Positions 1-11,250 of a DNA stretch of 32,633 nucleotides are shown here, piece by piece. The translations under genes and the position numbers were made by a program. The notes below the pieces were generated by a model, which ran no database searches, had not been told where the DNA came from, and saw only the letters and a program-made list of their open reading frames with translations. The stretch's first letter is position 1. The number at the start of each line of letters is the position of its first letter. Source of the DNA: Octopus bimaculoides (Eukaryota); NCBI RefSeq assembly GCF_001194135.2, contig NC_068982.1, positions 100,542,844 through 100,575,476 of the forward strand, given 5' to 3'.

Positions 1-957
1 TAAGTTGGTGAATGCTGCCATAATCCTTGCCTTCAGTTCATCTTTGTTGTTGCAAGGAGTTTTGTTGGTCTCTCGCTCAACTGCGCCCCACACATAATAA
101 TCAAGGCGGATCCAGTCTGGGGAGTTATCTGGCCAGATGTTAGGGATGATGTAGTCGAGATAAATTGTCTGACAGCTATGACTAGGTTCTCCTGCTTGTG
201 TGGCAGGGTGCAGAATCCTGTTGCCAGACATAGGGTTTTCCGGTAGCCATCATCTTGACCCAGGGCAGTACTCCAAGCACTTGATGTGGGCCTCCGTTTT
301 GAGTCTGAGGCCGTGTGGGAAGATGAACGGAGGCATAACGTCACCATCACTAATGATCACTTCAAACATCATGATGTTGACTAGTTGTTTGATGTTTATC
401 GCTCTCAGTACATGTTTTGGAGACACGGCAAGCCAACAGTTGTTCTATGTGTTCACCATCTGATCCTGTCAGAAATTTTTCACGTCTGAGAAAAACCAAA
501 GCATGTTCGGTTGGAAGGTACGCTTGAGTTTGTTCTAAAGCTTCGTAGTGCGTTCTTTTCTCTTGTCCTTGAGGGCTTAGGATAAAAATTGACCTTTTCT
601 CATCTTGCATGAGGAATACCGAATGTCTTCATGCACTACCTGCCGGATAAGAAACTCAGACACACCCATGTCCCTGGCGATGGATCTGATTGGCTTGGAG
701 GAATCGTTGTTAATCATGACCTGGATCTCACCAACAAATTCAGGAGTTCTTTTCTTATCAGAATGATCAGAGTGAGTTTTCCGAGCTGCCATACCTTCGT
801 AATCATCATTAGATACATCCAACTCTTTCCAAATCCTCTACACTGTCCTCAGATTGACACCCAGATACTCTGAAATGTTAGTACTGAAGCTTCCGGCGCG
901 AATTCCAAGCAGTACAGCATGTCGTTTCCAAATTTCTGGCAGAGAGAAATGCGTCAA
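1..957 (-). pseudogene. DD37D transposase pseudogene
   Basis: Manual translation across stops and frameshifts: HTH region (LPEIWKRHAVLLGIRAG...GVNLRTV*RIW; KPIRSIARDMGVSEFLIRQVVHED), LWFFSDVKNF (D1), PYVWQQDSAPCHT (D2, 215-217), IWPDNSPDWIRLDYYVWGAVE (D3, 100-102). D2-D3 gap is 112 nt = 37 codons + 1 nt. Confidence 0.9.
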
Positions 958-1088
958 AGTGCTGTTTTTCTCATAGACAGTGCCCAATTGACCCTACTAT
1001 ACTCTGTAGTCGACAAAATCAAAAGCAAACAATGAGCATGCACGCGTGCTGTGCAGATAATGTCAGACTGACTTGGTGCCTGAATCTT
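1..1088 (-). mobile_element. Tc1/mariner DNA transposon, DD37D (maT/Bmmar1-like), decayed; 3' end lies outside the window
   Basis: Contains the transposase remnant below. Probable left TIR region at ~1058-1088 abuts a (TA)n run, consistent with a TA target. TIR limits are uncertain because the other end is not in the window. Confidence 0.85.
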
Positions 1089-1242
1089 ATATATATATAC
1101 ATACACACANNNNNNNNNNNNNNNNNNNNNNNNNNNNNNNNNNNNNNNNNNNNNNNNNNNNNNNNNNNNNNNNNNNNNNNNNNNNNNNNNNNNNNNNNNN
1201 NNNNNNNNNNNNNNNNNNNNNNNNNNNNTATATATATATATA

Positions 1243-1322
1243 CCACGTGCTTCTTTCAGTTTCCGTCTAACAAATTCACTCACAAGGCTTTGGTCGGCTC
1301 GAGGCTATAATAGAAGGTACTT
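1243..1322 (-). mobile_element. SINE family A fragment
   Basis: Matches 7195-7272 (cttctttcagtttccgtct...cacaaggctttggtcggc.cgaggctat). Borders an AT microsatellite and a gap. Confidence 0.8.
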
Positions 1323-1394
1323 TCTCAAAATATCGTTTATAATTTAACTATCAATAAAAGTGAAAAACAATTCGTGAGATCAAACTGATGCAAG

Positions 1395-1515
1395 CGCGTG
1401 TGCGTGCGCGTGTATATATGTGCATGTGTGTGCATGTGTGCGTGTATGTGTATGCATGTGTGTATGCGTGTGTATGTGTATGTGCATGTGTATGTATGTG
1501 CATGCATGTGTGAGA
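1395..1515. repeat. Mixed (TG)/(TATG)/(CG) microsatellite
   Basis: Visible directly. Confidence 0.9.
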
Positions 1516-2024
1516 ATGAGTTAGCGTGTGAGTATATACAGTGTTTGATACTCGAAGCATTTTTCTTTTCCCTTTTCATATCATGCGTGCGTAGGACGCA
1601 GGTTTTGTTCCGTCCTGGAGGTATGGCCTGGACGAAATCAAATAAATACGTTCATTGCCGTATTCTGTTCAATAAAGCTAACTGACCGTATCCCGTCTGT
1701 CGCCAACCGAACATTAACATGTCCGAATTAAACCTCTGCATACTGTCTCTTGACCAGTTGAAATATAAACAAGATTTCGTTCAAACCACATCCTGCAGCA
1801 TAAAATAAAATCATGTTAGATAATGTAGTCTTAAATAAAATGGTTTAATAACAAACCAGAAAGTCGTGGTTGGAACGTCTTAGATTTTGCTTAGTGAGGG
1901 AAAAACTGTTTACAACATTATCTGAGGTGAGAATGAAGCTCGACAGAAAGGATTTACGCTTGCTGTGCATGTAAACACACACAGCAAACGTAAACCAGGC
2001 TGCCACATAATTCAGCTGTTAATA

Positions 2025-2487
2025 TACATGCATGCATATATATACATGCATTTATGCATACATACGTACAGTTATACATGTATACATCCATCCATCCATC
2101 CATCCATACATACATACATACATTCATACATACATACATATACATACATACACACATAGACACACGTACATACACACACATACACACATACATGCATGCA
2201 TACATGCAATCATACATACATACGTATTCACACATACATGCATAGATAATACATTCATACATACATGTAATCATGCATATATGAAATCATACATATATGC
2301 ATAGGTACATACATACATCCATGTATGCATACATACATGCATAAATTCATACATACATGCATACATACATAGATACATGCATACATACATGCATACATAC
2401 ATGCATGCATACATGCATACATACATGCATATATACATACGTACGTGCATGCATACATACATGCATATATATATACATACATACACA
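2025..2487. repeat. Compound (TACA)/(CATG)/(ATCC) microsatellite running into a gap
   Basis: Visible directly; source of the H/T/Y/M-rich ORFs. Confidence 0.95.
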
Positions 2488-3132
2488 NNNNNNNNNNNNN
2501 NNNNNNNNNNNNNNNNNNNNNNNNNNNNNNNNNNNNNNNNNNNNNNNNNNNNNNNNNNNNNNNNNNNNNNNNNNNNNNNNNNNNNNNNNNNNNNNNNNNN
2601 NNNNNNNNNNNNNNNNNNNNNNNNNNNNNNNNNNNNNNNNNNNNNNNNNNNNNNNNNNNNNNNNNNNNNNNNNNNNNNNNNNNNNNNNNNNNNNNNNNNN
2701 NNNNNNNNNNNNNNNNNNNNNNNNNNNNNNNNNNNNNNNNNNNNNNNNNNNNNNNNNNNNNNNNNNNNNNNNNNNNNNNNNNNNNNNNNNNNNNNNNNNN
2801 NNNNNNNNNNNNNNNNNNNNNNNNNNNNNNNNNNNNNNNNNNNNNNNNNNNNNNNNNNNNNNNNNNNNNNNNNNNNNNNNNNNNNNNNNNNNNNNNNNNN
2901 NNNNNNNNNNNNNNNNNNNNNNNNNNNNNNNNNNNNNNNNNNNNNNNNNNNNNNNNNNNNNNNNNNNNNNNNNNNNNNNNNNNNNNNNNNNNNNNNNNNN
3001 NNNNNNNNNNNNNNNNNNNNNNNNNNNNNNNNNNNNNNNNNNNNNNNNNNNNNNNNNNNNNNNNNNNNNNNNNNNNNNNNNNNNNNNNNNNNNNNNNNNN
3101 NNNNNNNNNNNNNNNNNNNNNNNNNNNNNNNN

Positions 3133-3190
<58 letters not shown>
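3133..3190. repeat. (AG)n microsatellite
   Basis: Visible directly. Confidence 0.95.
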
Positions 3191-3192
<2 letters not shown>

Positions 3193-3460
3193 AGGGAGGG
3201 AGGGAGAGAGGCATGTAAAATAGATGCAGACTCGCTTTTATAGCAAAGCTACTCCATCTATTACTGCCCCTGTTTATTGCTACTAGTAAACTGGTTACTA
3301 CTGTTAGTTATCAGCACACATCAGTTCGAGGAAGAAGTGTTTGGGAGTTGTCAATGAAATAAATAAGATACACAACGCTGACGTTTTGAAATATATAACA
3401 ATATCAATTTACAATCGTTATTATACTAACTAACTAACAACTAACTACTACATCGTTTAG

Positions 3461-3696
3461 ATAGGTGTATATGACTTCCTGTTACTGAAAGAGTTTAGGA
3501 GAGAAAGAAAAGATAAGAAAATACCATAAGACATAACATCGTAAATTAACAAGAAAAATGACTGAGGATTTAACGTTTGTTTGCCGTGAGGCAACTCCGG
3601 TACGGTGGAATTTGCTACAATTTGCACTCATCTGTTCGTACACAGTTGGATATTCCGGCCTAACTAGCTTCCCCTTTTATCTGGTGCGACATACAG
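3461..3696 (+). other. Candidate exon with 5'UTR and start of a CDS (ATG 3558; MTEDLTFVCREATPVRWNLLQFALICSYTVGYSGLTSFPFYLVRHT, phase-1 end)
   Basis: TACTAAC at 3424-3430, AG at 3459-3460 (weak pyrimidine tract), AAAAATG start context, CAG|GTAAGT donor at 3697. No homology recognised and no downstream exon found. Confidence 0.3.
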
Positions 3697-3902
3697 GTAA
3701 GTGTTGCATTCAAGTTGTTTTTTTTTATTTTTTCGTTTTGATTATCTGAGAATGTTGTCGATGCTGAGATTTGTTTTCTAGTCCTTCCTTCAACTTACTC
3801 ATGATCGAGCAGACACCTATTATGCTCAAAAGGTGTTCTACAAAATGATTATCCCGTTGTATGTATGTATGTATATATGTATGCATCGTATCTATGTAGT
3901 AC

Positions 3903-3966
<64 letters not shown>

Positions 3967-4554
3967 NNNNNNNNNNNNNNNNNNNNNNNNNNNNNNNNNN
4001 NNNNNNNNNNNNNNNNNNNNNNNNNNNNNNNNNNNNNNNNNNNNNNNNNNNNNNNNNNNNNNNNNNNNNNNNNNNNNNNNNNNNNNNNNNNNNNNNNNNN
4101 NNNNNNNNNNNNNNNNNNNNNNNNNNNNNNNNNNNNNNNNNNNNNNNNNNNNNNNNNNNNNNNNNNNNNNNNNNNNNNNNNNNNNNNNNNNNNNNNNNNN
4201 NNNNNNNNNNNNNNNNNNNNNNNNNNNNNNNNNNNNNNNNNNNNNNNNNNNNNNNNNNNNNNNNNNNNNNNNNNNNNNNNNNNNNNNNNNNNNNNNNNNN
4301 NNNNNNNNNNNNNNNNNNNNNNNNNNNNNNNNNNNNNNNNNNNNNNNNNNNNNNNNNNNNNNNNNNNNNNNNNNNNNNNNNNNNNNNNNNNNNNNNNNNN
4401 NNNNNNNNNNNNNNNNNNNNNNNNNNNNNNNNNNNNNNNNNNNNNNNNNNNNNNNNNNNNNNNNNNNNNNNNNNNNNNNNNNNNNNNNNNNNNNNNNNNN
4501 NNNNNNNNNNNNNNNNNNNNNNNNNNNNNNNNNNNNNNNNNNNNNNNNNNNNNN

Positions 4555-5050
4555 ATATATATATATATATTTATATATATAAATATATATACATATATAT
4601 ATATATAAATATATGTGTATGAATATATATAAATATATATATAAATATATGTGTATGAATATATATAAATATATATATAAATATATATATTTGTTTATAT
4701 ATATATATAAATATATGTATATATATATATAAATAAATATATATATGTATGTGTATATACATGTATATATATATATAAATATATGTATATATATATATTT
4801 AAATATGTATATGTATATATATAAATATAGAGATGCATATATATGTACATATATATATATAAATGCATATATGTATATGTGTATATATATACATATATAT
4901 AAATACATACATACATACATACATTCATATATATATACACACATAGCTCTACACATACATATAGATCTATCTATCTATCTATCTATCTATCCATCTGTGT
5001 ACACACACACAAACACGCACTCATACGCACAAACACACGCACACACACAC

Positions 5051-5124
<74 letters not shown>

Positions 5125-5145
5125 GTGTGTGTGTGTGTGTGTGTC
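4555..5145. repeat. AT-rich compound microsatellite, then (ATCT)n and (CA)n
   Basis: Visible directly; includes a short tandem duplication around 4600-4680. Confidence 0.95.
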
Positions 5146-5694
5146 AAGAACTACAACGTTCTGTGTATCCTACATCACTGAAGACGGCAAGCAGGGTGTG
5201 GTTAGATGAAGATTTGACACCTATTTCCAACAAATCAAACCGCAGCATAGATGCAATCCCTAGCTAATTAATTTTTTTTCTTCTTCCGTTGCAGTTAGAA
5301 CTAATTAAAAGCGTTCAAAATTATGACCAGCTCATTTTTTAATCAGACACAATATGATTCTATTATACCAGCGTTTTCTCCACCACTTTTGTTTTATTTT
5401 AAGATGCTACAGTAAAATTTGAGGGATATACGGCTGCTATCTCTTGAAGGCTGATCAACCACATAGCAGCAACCTTTGTTTTGAGGGCAGGGGTGATATG
5501 GGATGGCGATTTCTGTTTATTTTTCCCCACTACACATTGGTTGTTTGTATTTTTTCTTCTGTTGTTTCAACAACCTCCATCCTCAGCTCGATGGTCTATT
5601 GTTATACTAAGTAAGGTGTGTAATTAATTAAAGAAGGTAGTCAAAGCATCAACGTAATAACACATTCAATGGCTTCGTTCCTTGTCACTTTGTA

Positions 5695-5899
5695 TGCATG
5701 TGTGTGCGTGCGTGCGTGTGTGTGTGCGTGCGTGCATGTGTGTGCGTGTGTGTGTGCGTGTGTGCGTGTGTGCGTGCGTGTGTGCGTGTGTGTGTGTGTA
5801 CGTGCGTACGTGCGCGCGTATGTATCTATGAAAAGGTGATTGTGCATACACATATGTTTATATGTTTTTATAGATAATGTGTATAGATGCACAAACCCT

Positions 5900-5941
<42 letters not shown>

Positions 5942-6330
5942 TATATCCATATATATAAAGATAAAAATACATTATGTATATATATATATGCATATGTATG
6001 CATAAGAGTAGGATTTTTACACGCTAGAAATATGCAATGCAAGCTACCATGTCCTTCAGCTGATGATCTATACAGATATAAAAATATATATACGCATATA
6101 TATCTGTCTGTCTGTCTGTATGTATGTATGTATTATGTATACATGACTGCAGATATCTATCTGTACAAATACATACATGCATACATACAAACATATTTCT
6201 AAATAGATACGTGTATGTGTGTGTGCGTGCGTATGTATAAGTGTCTGTGTGGGTATGCGTGTGTGTATACATATGCAATCAATGACATACACGAACATAT
6301 ATGCACATATTTCCATGTGGATAAATGAAT

Positions 6331-6368
<38 letters not shown>

Positions 6369-6500
6369 ATACACACACATACACACACACGTGTATATGT
6401 ACAGTGTACCGCTCCGTTATAGGTGATATATATGTATGTATCACATATATACGTACATGGACACACGCGCACGCACACACACACACACATACGTATTAGC
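5695..6500. repeat. Cluster of (TG)/(CG)/(CA)/(TA) microsatellites
   Basis: Visible directly. Confidence 0.9.
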
Positions 6501-6884
6501 TGAGCGAAATGTGCTGATGAAAAGATGACAGCATATTTTTAAAAGATACAGAAATAGGAAAACCGACTGAAATTCGAACCTACTGCTCAACGTTGACGCA
6601 TCGATGCAATGACCGCTGTCTGCGTATCTCTGGCAATTATACACTTTTGACAAAAGCATCCTGCATCCTTATACAAGCATACATTCAACAGAGATGTTCT
6701 TGAAACCCTAGCACATGTGAGGTTTTCTTTTCGCATGTGTGATTTTATTTAATTTTCTCCCGATAAGACTAGGAAATCACTTCCTTGTTAAAATATGCTG
6801 AAGAAGTTGACCTTCGTTTATTCTACTACAAGATAAAATTAGCAAAATGCACTAAGGACAACGTATAGTAGTTTTAAAATTAGC

Positions 6885-6931
<47 letters not shown>

Positions 6932-6959
6932 ATCTATCTATCTATCTATCTATCTATCT
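6885..6959. repeat. (ATCT)n microsatellite at the 3' end of the adjacent SINE
   Basis: About 18 units with one interruption. Confidence 0.95.
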
Positions 6960-7356
6960 CTTTTACTCCTTTAGTTGTTTCAGTCATTTGACTGCGGCCA
7001 TGCTGGAGCACTGCTTTTAGTCGAGCAAATCGATCCCAGGACTTACGCTTTGTAAGCTTAGTACTTATTCTATCGGTCTCTTTTGCCGAACCGCTAAGTT
7101 ACGGGGACGTAAACACACCAGCATCGGTTGTCAAGTGATGTTGGGGGGACAAACACAGAAATACAAAACACACACATACATATATATATATATACGACGG
7201 GCTTCTTTCAGTTTCCGCCTACCAAATTCACTCACAAGGCTCTGGTCGGCCCGAGGCTATTGTAGAAGACACTTGCCCAAAGTGCCACGCTGTGGGACTG
7301 AACCCGGAACCACGTGGTTGGTAAGCAAGCTACTTACCACACAGCCACTCCTGCTC
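6960..7356 (-). mobile_element. SINE family A, full length
   Basis: Head AGGAGTGGCTGTGTGG (A-box-like)...GGGTTCAGTCCC (B-box-like), then CTTTGGGCAAGTGTCTT, an internal AT/GT microsatellite and a CAGTC-AAAT-GACTG tail hairpin. Direct repeat CTATCTATCT at 6950-6959 and 7357-7366. Homologous to 19970-20256 and 23115-23532. Confidence 0.9.
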
Positions 7357-7559
7357 CTATCTATCTAAGACACACACATGATGGGATGTGTGTGTGTGTG
7401 TGTGTGCGTGTGTGTATTTGATACTGGGGATCATTTGAAGGGTGGAAAATATTTCTGCATACATTTAAGTAAACTTTTAAATGCTTATTCAACAGGTTTA
7501 GTTGAATAAACCGTTAAAGGCAAAACTCTAAAGACCCCGTCAAGTCAACATCAACATGA

Positions 7560-7816
7560 TATATGTATGCATGTATGTATGTATGTATGTATGTATGTAT
7601 GTATGTATGTATGCATGTATGTATGTATGCATGTATGTATATATATATATATATGTGCGTGTGTATATATATATGAGTGTGTGTGCGTGTGTAGGGAAAG
7701 AGATGTATTTATTTTTATGTGTATATATGTACCTAATAAAATATGTATATATGTGTGTATATATTTAAGTATATTTATCTGCATGCCTGTCTGACTGTCT
7801 GTCTGTCTATCTATCG

Positions 7817-7877
<61 letters not shown>

Positions 7878-7988
7878 GTATAGATAGATGAAAAGGGATT
7901 GACAGACAGACAAACAGATAGATAGACAGATGGCTAGCTAGCTAGACAGTTTGATAGATAGATATGTGTGTATATGTATATATATATA
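7560..7988. repeat. (ATGT)n, (TA)n, (ATCT)n, (GATA/GACA)n microsatellites
   Basis: Visible directly. Confidence 0.9.
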
Positions 7989-8875
7989 NNNNNNNNNNNN
8001 NNNNNNNNNNNNNNNNNNNNNNNNNNNNNNNNNNNNNNNNNNNNNNNNNNNNNNNNNNNNNNNNNNNNNNNNNNNNNNNNNNNNNNNNNNNNNNNNNNNN
8101 NNNNNNNNNNNNNNNNNNNNNNNNNNNNNNNNNNNNNNNNNNNNNNNNNNNNNNNNNNNNNNNNNNNNNNNNNNNNNNNNNNNNNNNNNNNNNNNNNNNN
8201 NNNNNNNNNNNNNNNNNNNNNNNNNNNNNNNNNNNNNNNNNNNNNNNNNNNNNNNNNNNNNNNNNNNNNNNNNNNNNNNNNNNNNNNNNNNNNNNNNNNN
8301 NNNNNNNNNNNNNNNNNNNNNNNNNNNNNNNNNNNNNNNNNNNNNNNNNNNNNNNNNNNNNNNNNNNNNNNNNNNNNNNNNNNNNNNNNNNNNNNNNNNN
8401 NNNNNNNNNNNNNNNNNNNNNNNNNNNNNNNNNNNNNNNNNNNNNNNNNNNNNNNNNNNNNNNNNNNNNNNNNNNNNNNNNNNNNNNNNNNNNNNNNNNN
8501 NNNNNNNNNNNNNNNNNNNNNNNNNNNNNNNNNNNNNNNNNNNNNNNNNNNNNNNNNNNNNNNNNNNNNNNNNNNNNNNNNNNNNNNNNNNNNNNNNNNN
8601 NNNNNNNNNNNNNNNNNNNNNNNNNNNNNNNNNNNNNNNNNNNNNNNNNNNNNNNNNNNNNNNNNNNNNNNNNNNNNNNNNNNNNNNNNNNNNNNNNNNN
8701 NNNNNNNNNNNNNNNNNNNNNNNNNNNNNNNNNNNNNNNNNNNNNNNNNNNNNNNNNNNNNNNNNNNNNNNNNNNNNNNNNNNNNNNNNNNNNNNNNNNN
8801 NNNNNNNNNNNNNNNNNNNNNNNNNNNNNNNNNNNNNNNNNNNNNNNNNNNNNNNNNNNNNNNNNNNNNNNNNNN

Positions 8876-9387
8876 ATTGATTGGAAGTGTTATCATGTAC
8901 ATTGTTTTGTCTTGGTATAAAAAGATGGGCTACAGCAAATATTCTGCTCAATACCACAGATTTGCTTGTCATTTGTTTGACCTTAACCAGTTGAGCATGT
9001 CCCTTGGTGGCTGACGATATGTGCATCTCTGATCATGAGCAGAAGTAGTGGGGGAGCATCATAACCATGTGTTGAGAGGAATTCTTTGGGGTTTGAATAA
9101 TTCGCCTTGAAAACATGGGTGTTTTGCTCAACATCCTTAAACAAACCTTATTCAAGGACCTTTTGAGCGGGATGGGCTACTCAACCTGAAGAAAATTCTA
9201 ACTGGGCCCCACCTACGAGGTCATGCGCTGTTTATCTTGATATGAGATCACCTTGTTGTGCACATGTGGTTGTGCTGCATGTGCCTGGTGTACCCTTATC
9301 AGACAGGTAGTCATGATGGGTATAATGGGCTTCGTATATTTTACCCCAGTGTCACTTTGATGGCATGCATTGCTCTCTCACTCAATA

Positions 9388-9425
<38 letters not shown>
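8876..9425 (+). repeat. Probable 3' end of an unidentified interspersed retroelement with an (AAT)n tail
   Basis: Complex non-coding sequence ending ...ctctctcactc followed by (AAT)n at 9384-9425. Single copy in the window, so repeat status is inference. Confidence 0.4.
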
Positions 9426-9426
<1 letters not shown>

Positions 9427-9574
9427 TTTCAAATTTTAGCACAAGGCCAGTAACATTGGTAGAAAGGTTAAGACGATGACATCGGTCCCAGTGCTCATCT
9501 GGTACTTTTTTTTCATCGACCCTTGAAAGGATCAAAGGCAAAGTCGACTTTGGTGTAATTTAAACTCAGAACGT
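9426..9574 (-). mobile_element. SINE family C, lacking most of the head
   Basis: Reverse complement aligns with 21355-21505. Confidence 0.85.
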
Positions 9575-9640
9575 AATCTGAAGGATTGAGACAAGATATA
9601 GATGATCTCTGATTGCAGCTGAGCAAACTTAAACACACAC

Positions 9641-9838
9641 GCGGCGAGCTGGCAGAAACGTCAGCACGCCAGGCGAAATGCTTAGCGGTATTTCGTCTGC
9701 CGTTACGTTTTGAGTTCAAATTCCGCTGAGGTCGACTTTGCTTTCAACCTTTCGGGGTCGTTATAATCGACTTTATCCGTTTGTCTGTCCTTGTTTGTCC
9801 CCCCTGTGTGTAGCCCCTTGTGGGTAGTAAAGAAATAA
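9641..9838 (+). mobile_element. SINE family C with internal deletion
   Basis: GCGGCGAGCTGGCAGAA head, GAGTTCAAATTCC B-box-like motif, tail ...CCCCTTGTGGGTAGTAAAGAAATAA as at 24446-24517. Confidence 0.9.
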
Positions 9839-10046
9839 CACGCGCATACGTGCACATACAGACACCCATGTGTCTTTTATTGCTTTTATATGACTACTAA
9901 GGGTGAACGATTCATTTAAATGATGTAATTGTGTCGGGAAACAACGCTGCTGTTTGCCAGTATTACATCGTTAATAAAAATACTGACTATTGCACGCGCA
10001 CGTACTCGTTTATGTATGTATTTAATATATGTATCTATGTGAAGGA

Positions 10047-10432
10047 GTGGAGGCGCAATGGCCCAGTGGTTAGGGCAGAGGACTCGCGGTCATGGGATCG
10101 TGGTTTCGATTACCAGACCAGGCGTTGTGAGTGTTTATTGAGCGAAAACACCTAAAACTCCACGAGGCTCCGGCAGGGGATGGTGGCGAACCCTGCTGTA
10201 CTCTTCCACCACAACTTTCTCTCACTCTTACTTCCTGTTTCTGTTGTGCCTGTAATTCAAAGGGTCAGCCTTGTCACACTGTGTCACGCTGAATATCCCC
10301 GAGAACTACTTTAAGGGTACACGTGTCTGCGGAGTGCTCAGTCACTTGCACGTTAATTTCACGAGCAGGTTGTTCCGTTGATTGGATCAACTGGAACCCT
10401 CGACGTCGTAAGCGACGGAGTGCCAACAACAG
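10047..10432 (+). mobile_element. SINE family B, full length, 12-bp TSD
   Basis: A-box TGGCCCAGTGG, B-box GGTTTCGATT, (CAA)n tail. TSD CTATGTGAAGGA at 10035-10046 and 10433-10444. Closely similar to four other copies in the window. Confidence 0.95.
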
Positions 10433-10436
10433 CTAT

Positions 10437-10760
10437 GTGAAGGAACATGGGTTAGTGGTTAGGATATTTGACTCACGATCGTATGGACGTGAGTTCGATT
10501 CCAGGCGGCATGTTCTGTCCTTGAGCAAGACATTTTATTTCACGTTGTTTCAGTTCACTCAGCTAGCAAAAATGGGTTGTAACTGTAATTCGAAGGGCCT
10601 GCCTTTTCACATTCTGTGTCACGCTGAATCTCCCCGAGAACTGCGTTAAGGACACGTGTGTCTGGGGGGTGCTCAGCCACTTGTACGTAAACTTCACGAG
10701 CCGGCCGTTCCAGTGACCGGATCAGCTGGAACACACACCGTCGTAAGTGACGGAATGCCA
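10437..10760 (+). mobile_element. SINE family D (older; own head, 3' half shared with B)
   Basis: tRNA-like head (GGGTTAGTGGTTAGG...GAGTTCGATTCC), CCTTGAGCAAGACA motif, then from ~10585 a diverged version of the B 3' half. Confidence 0.85.
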
Positions 10761-10953
10761 GTATGTATATGTCTCTGTGTAAGTCTGTGTGTTGTGCCTA
10801 AACGTATCTAGATGGTTCTCTCTGAAAATGGGGTTATCGAGGTGGGTTTTGGAGAATGCCCTCTGGTCACCTGCTTACGTTTGATTAATATAGGTTGGGT
10901 CACTTGAATGAGGATCTGTGTTGTAAGAACCGAAACTCCCATTGACTCCAGGA

Positions 10954-10958
<5 letters not shown>

Positions 10959-11001
<43 letters not shown>

Positions 11002-11209
11002 TTCCCGAGCGTCAGACTAATACACTTGCTCGTTGTTCCTTGCTTGTTGTTCTTCTATAATTTGAACTGTATATATATATATGTGTGTGTGTGTGTGTAT
11101 GTATATATATATGTATGTATATATATATACGTATGTATATATATGTATATACACTCTACGTATTATATATATGTATATGTGTGTGTGCTTGTGTGTGTGT
11201 GTGTTTGTT

Positions 11210-11248
<39 letters not shown>

Positions 11249-11250
11249 CT
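10959..11250. repeat. (TA)n and (TG)n microsatellites
   Basis: Visible directly. Confidence 0.9.

Noticed and set aside
1817-1845. ATAATGTAGTCTTA motif shared in inverted form with ~22175-22195
   Set aside because: Only ~20 nt match; probably fragments of another dispersed repeat, but too short to define
3799-3837. 39-nt minus-strand micro-exon (tgtAG|...|GTAAGT; HLLSIIGVCSIM) phase-compatible with the 12797 exon
   Set aside because: Weak acceptor and short enough to arise by chance; no independent support
954-8920. Long ORFs rich in H/T/Y/I/M/C/V/R/E or X (also 18789-19516, 19952-20835, 23882-24722, 25528-27556)
   Set aside because: Translations of microsatellites and N gaps; no coding signal
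10052-10125. SINE heads as tRNA genes
   Set aside because: A/B boxes are present, but there is no complete cloverleaf and they continue into SINE bodies with TSDs
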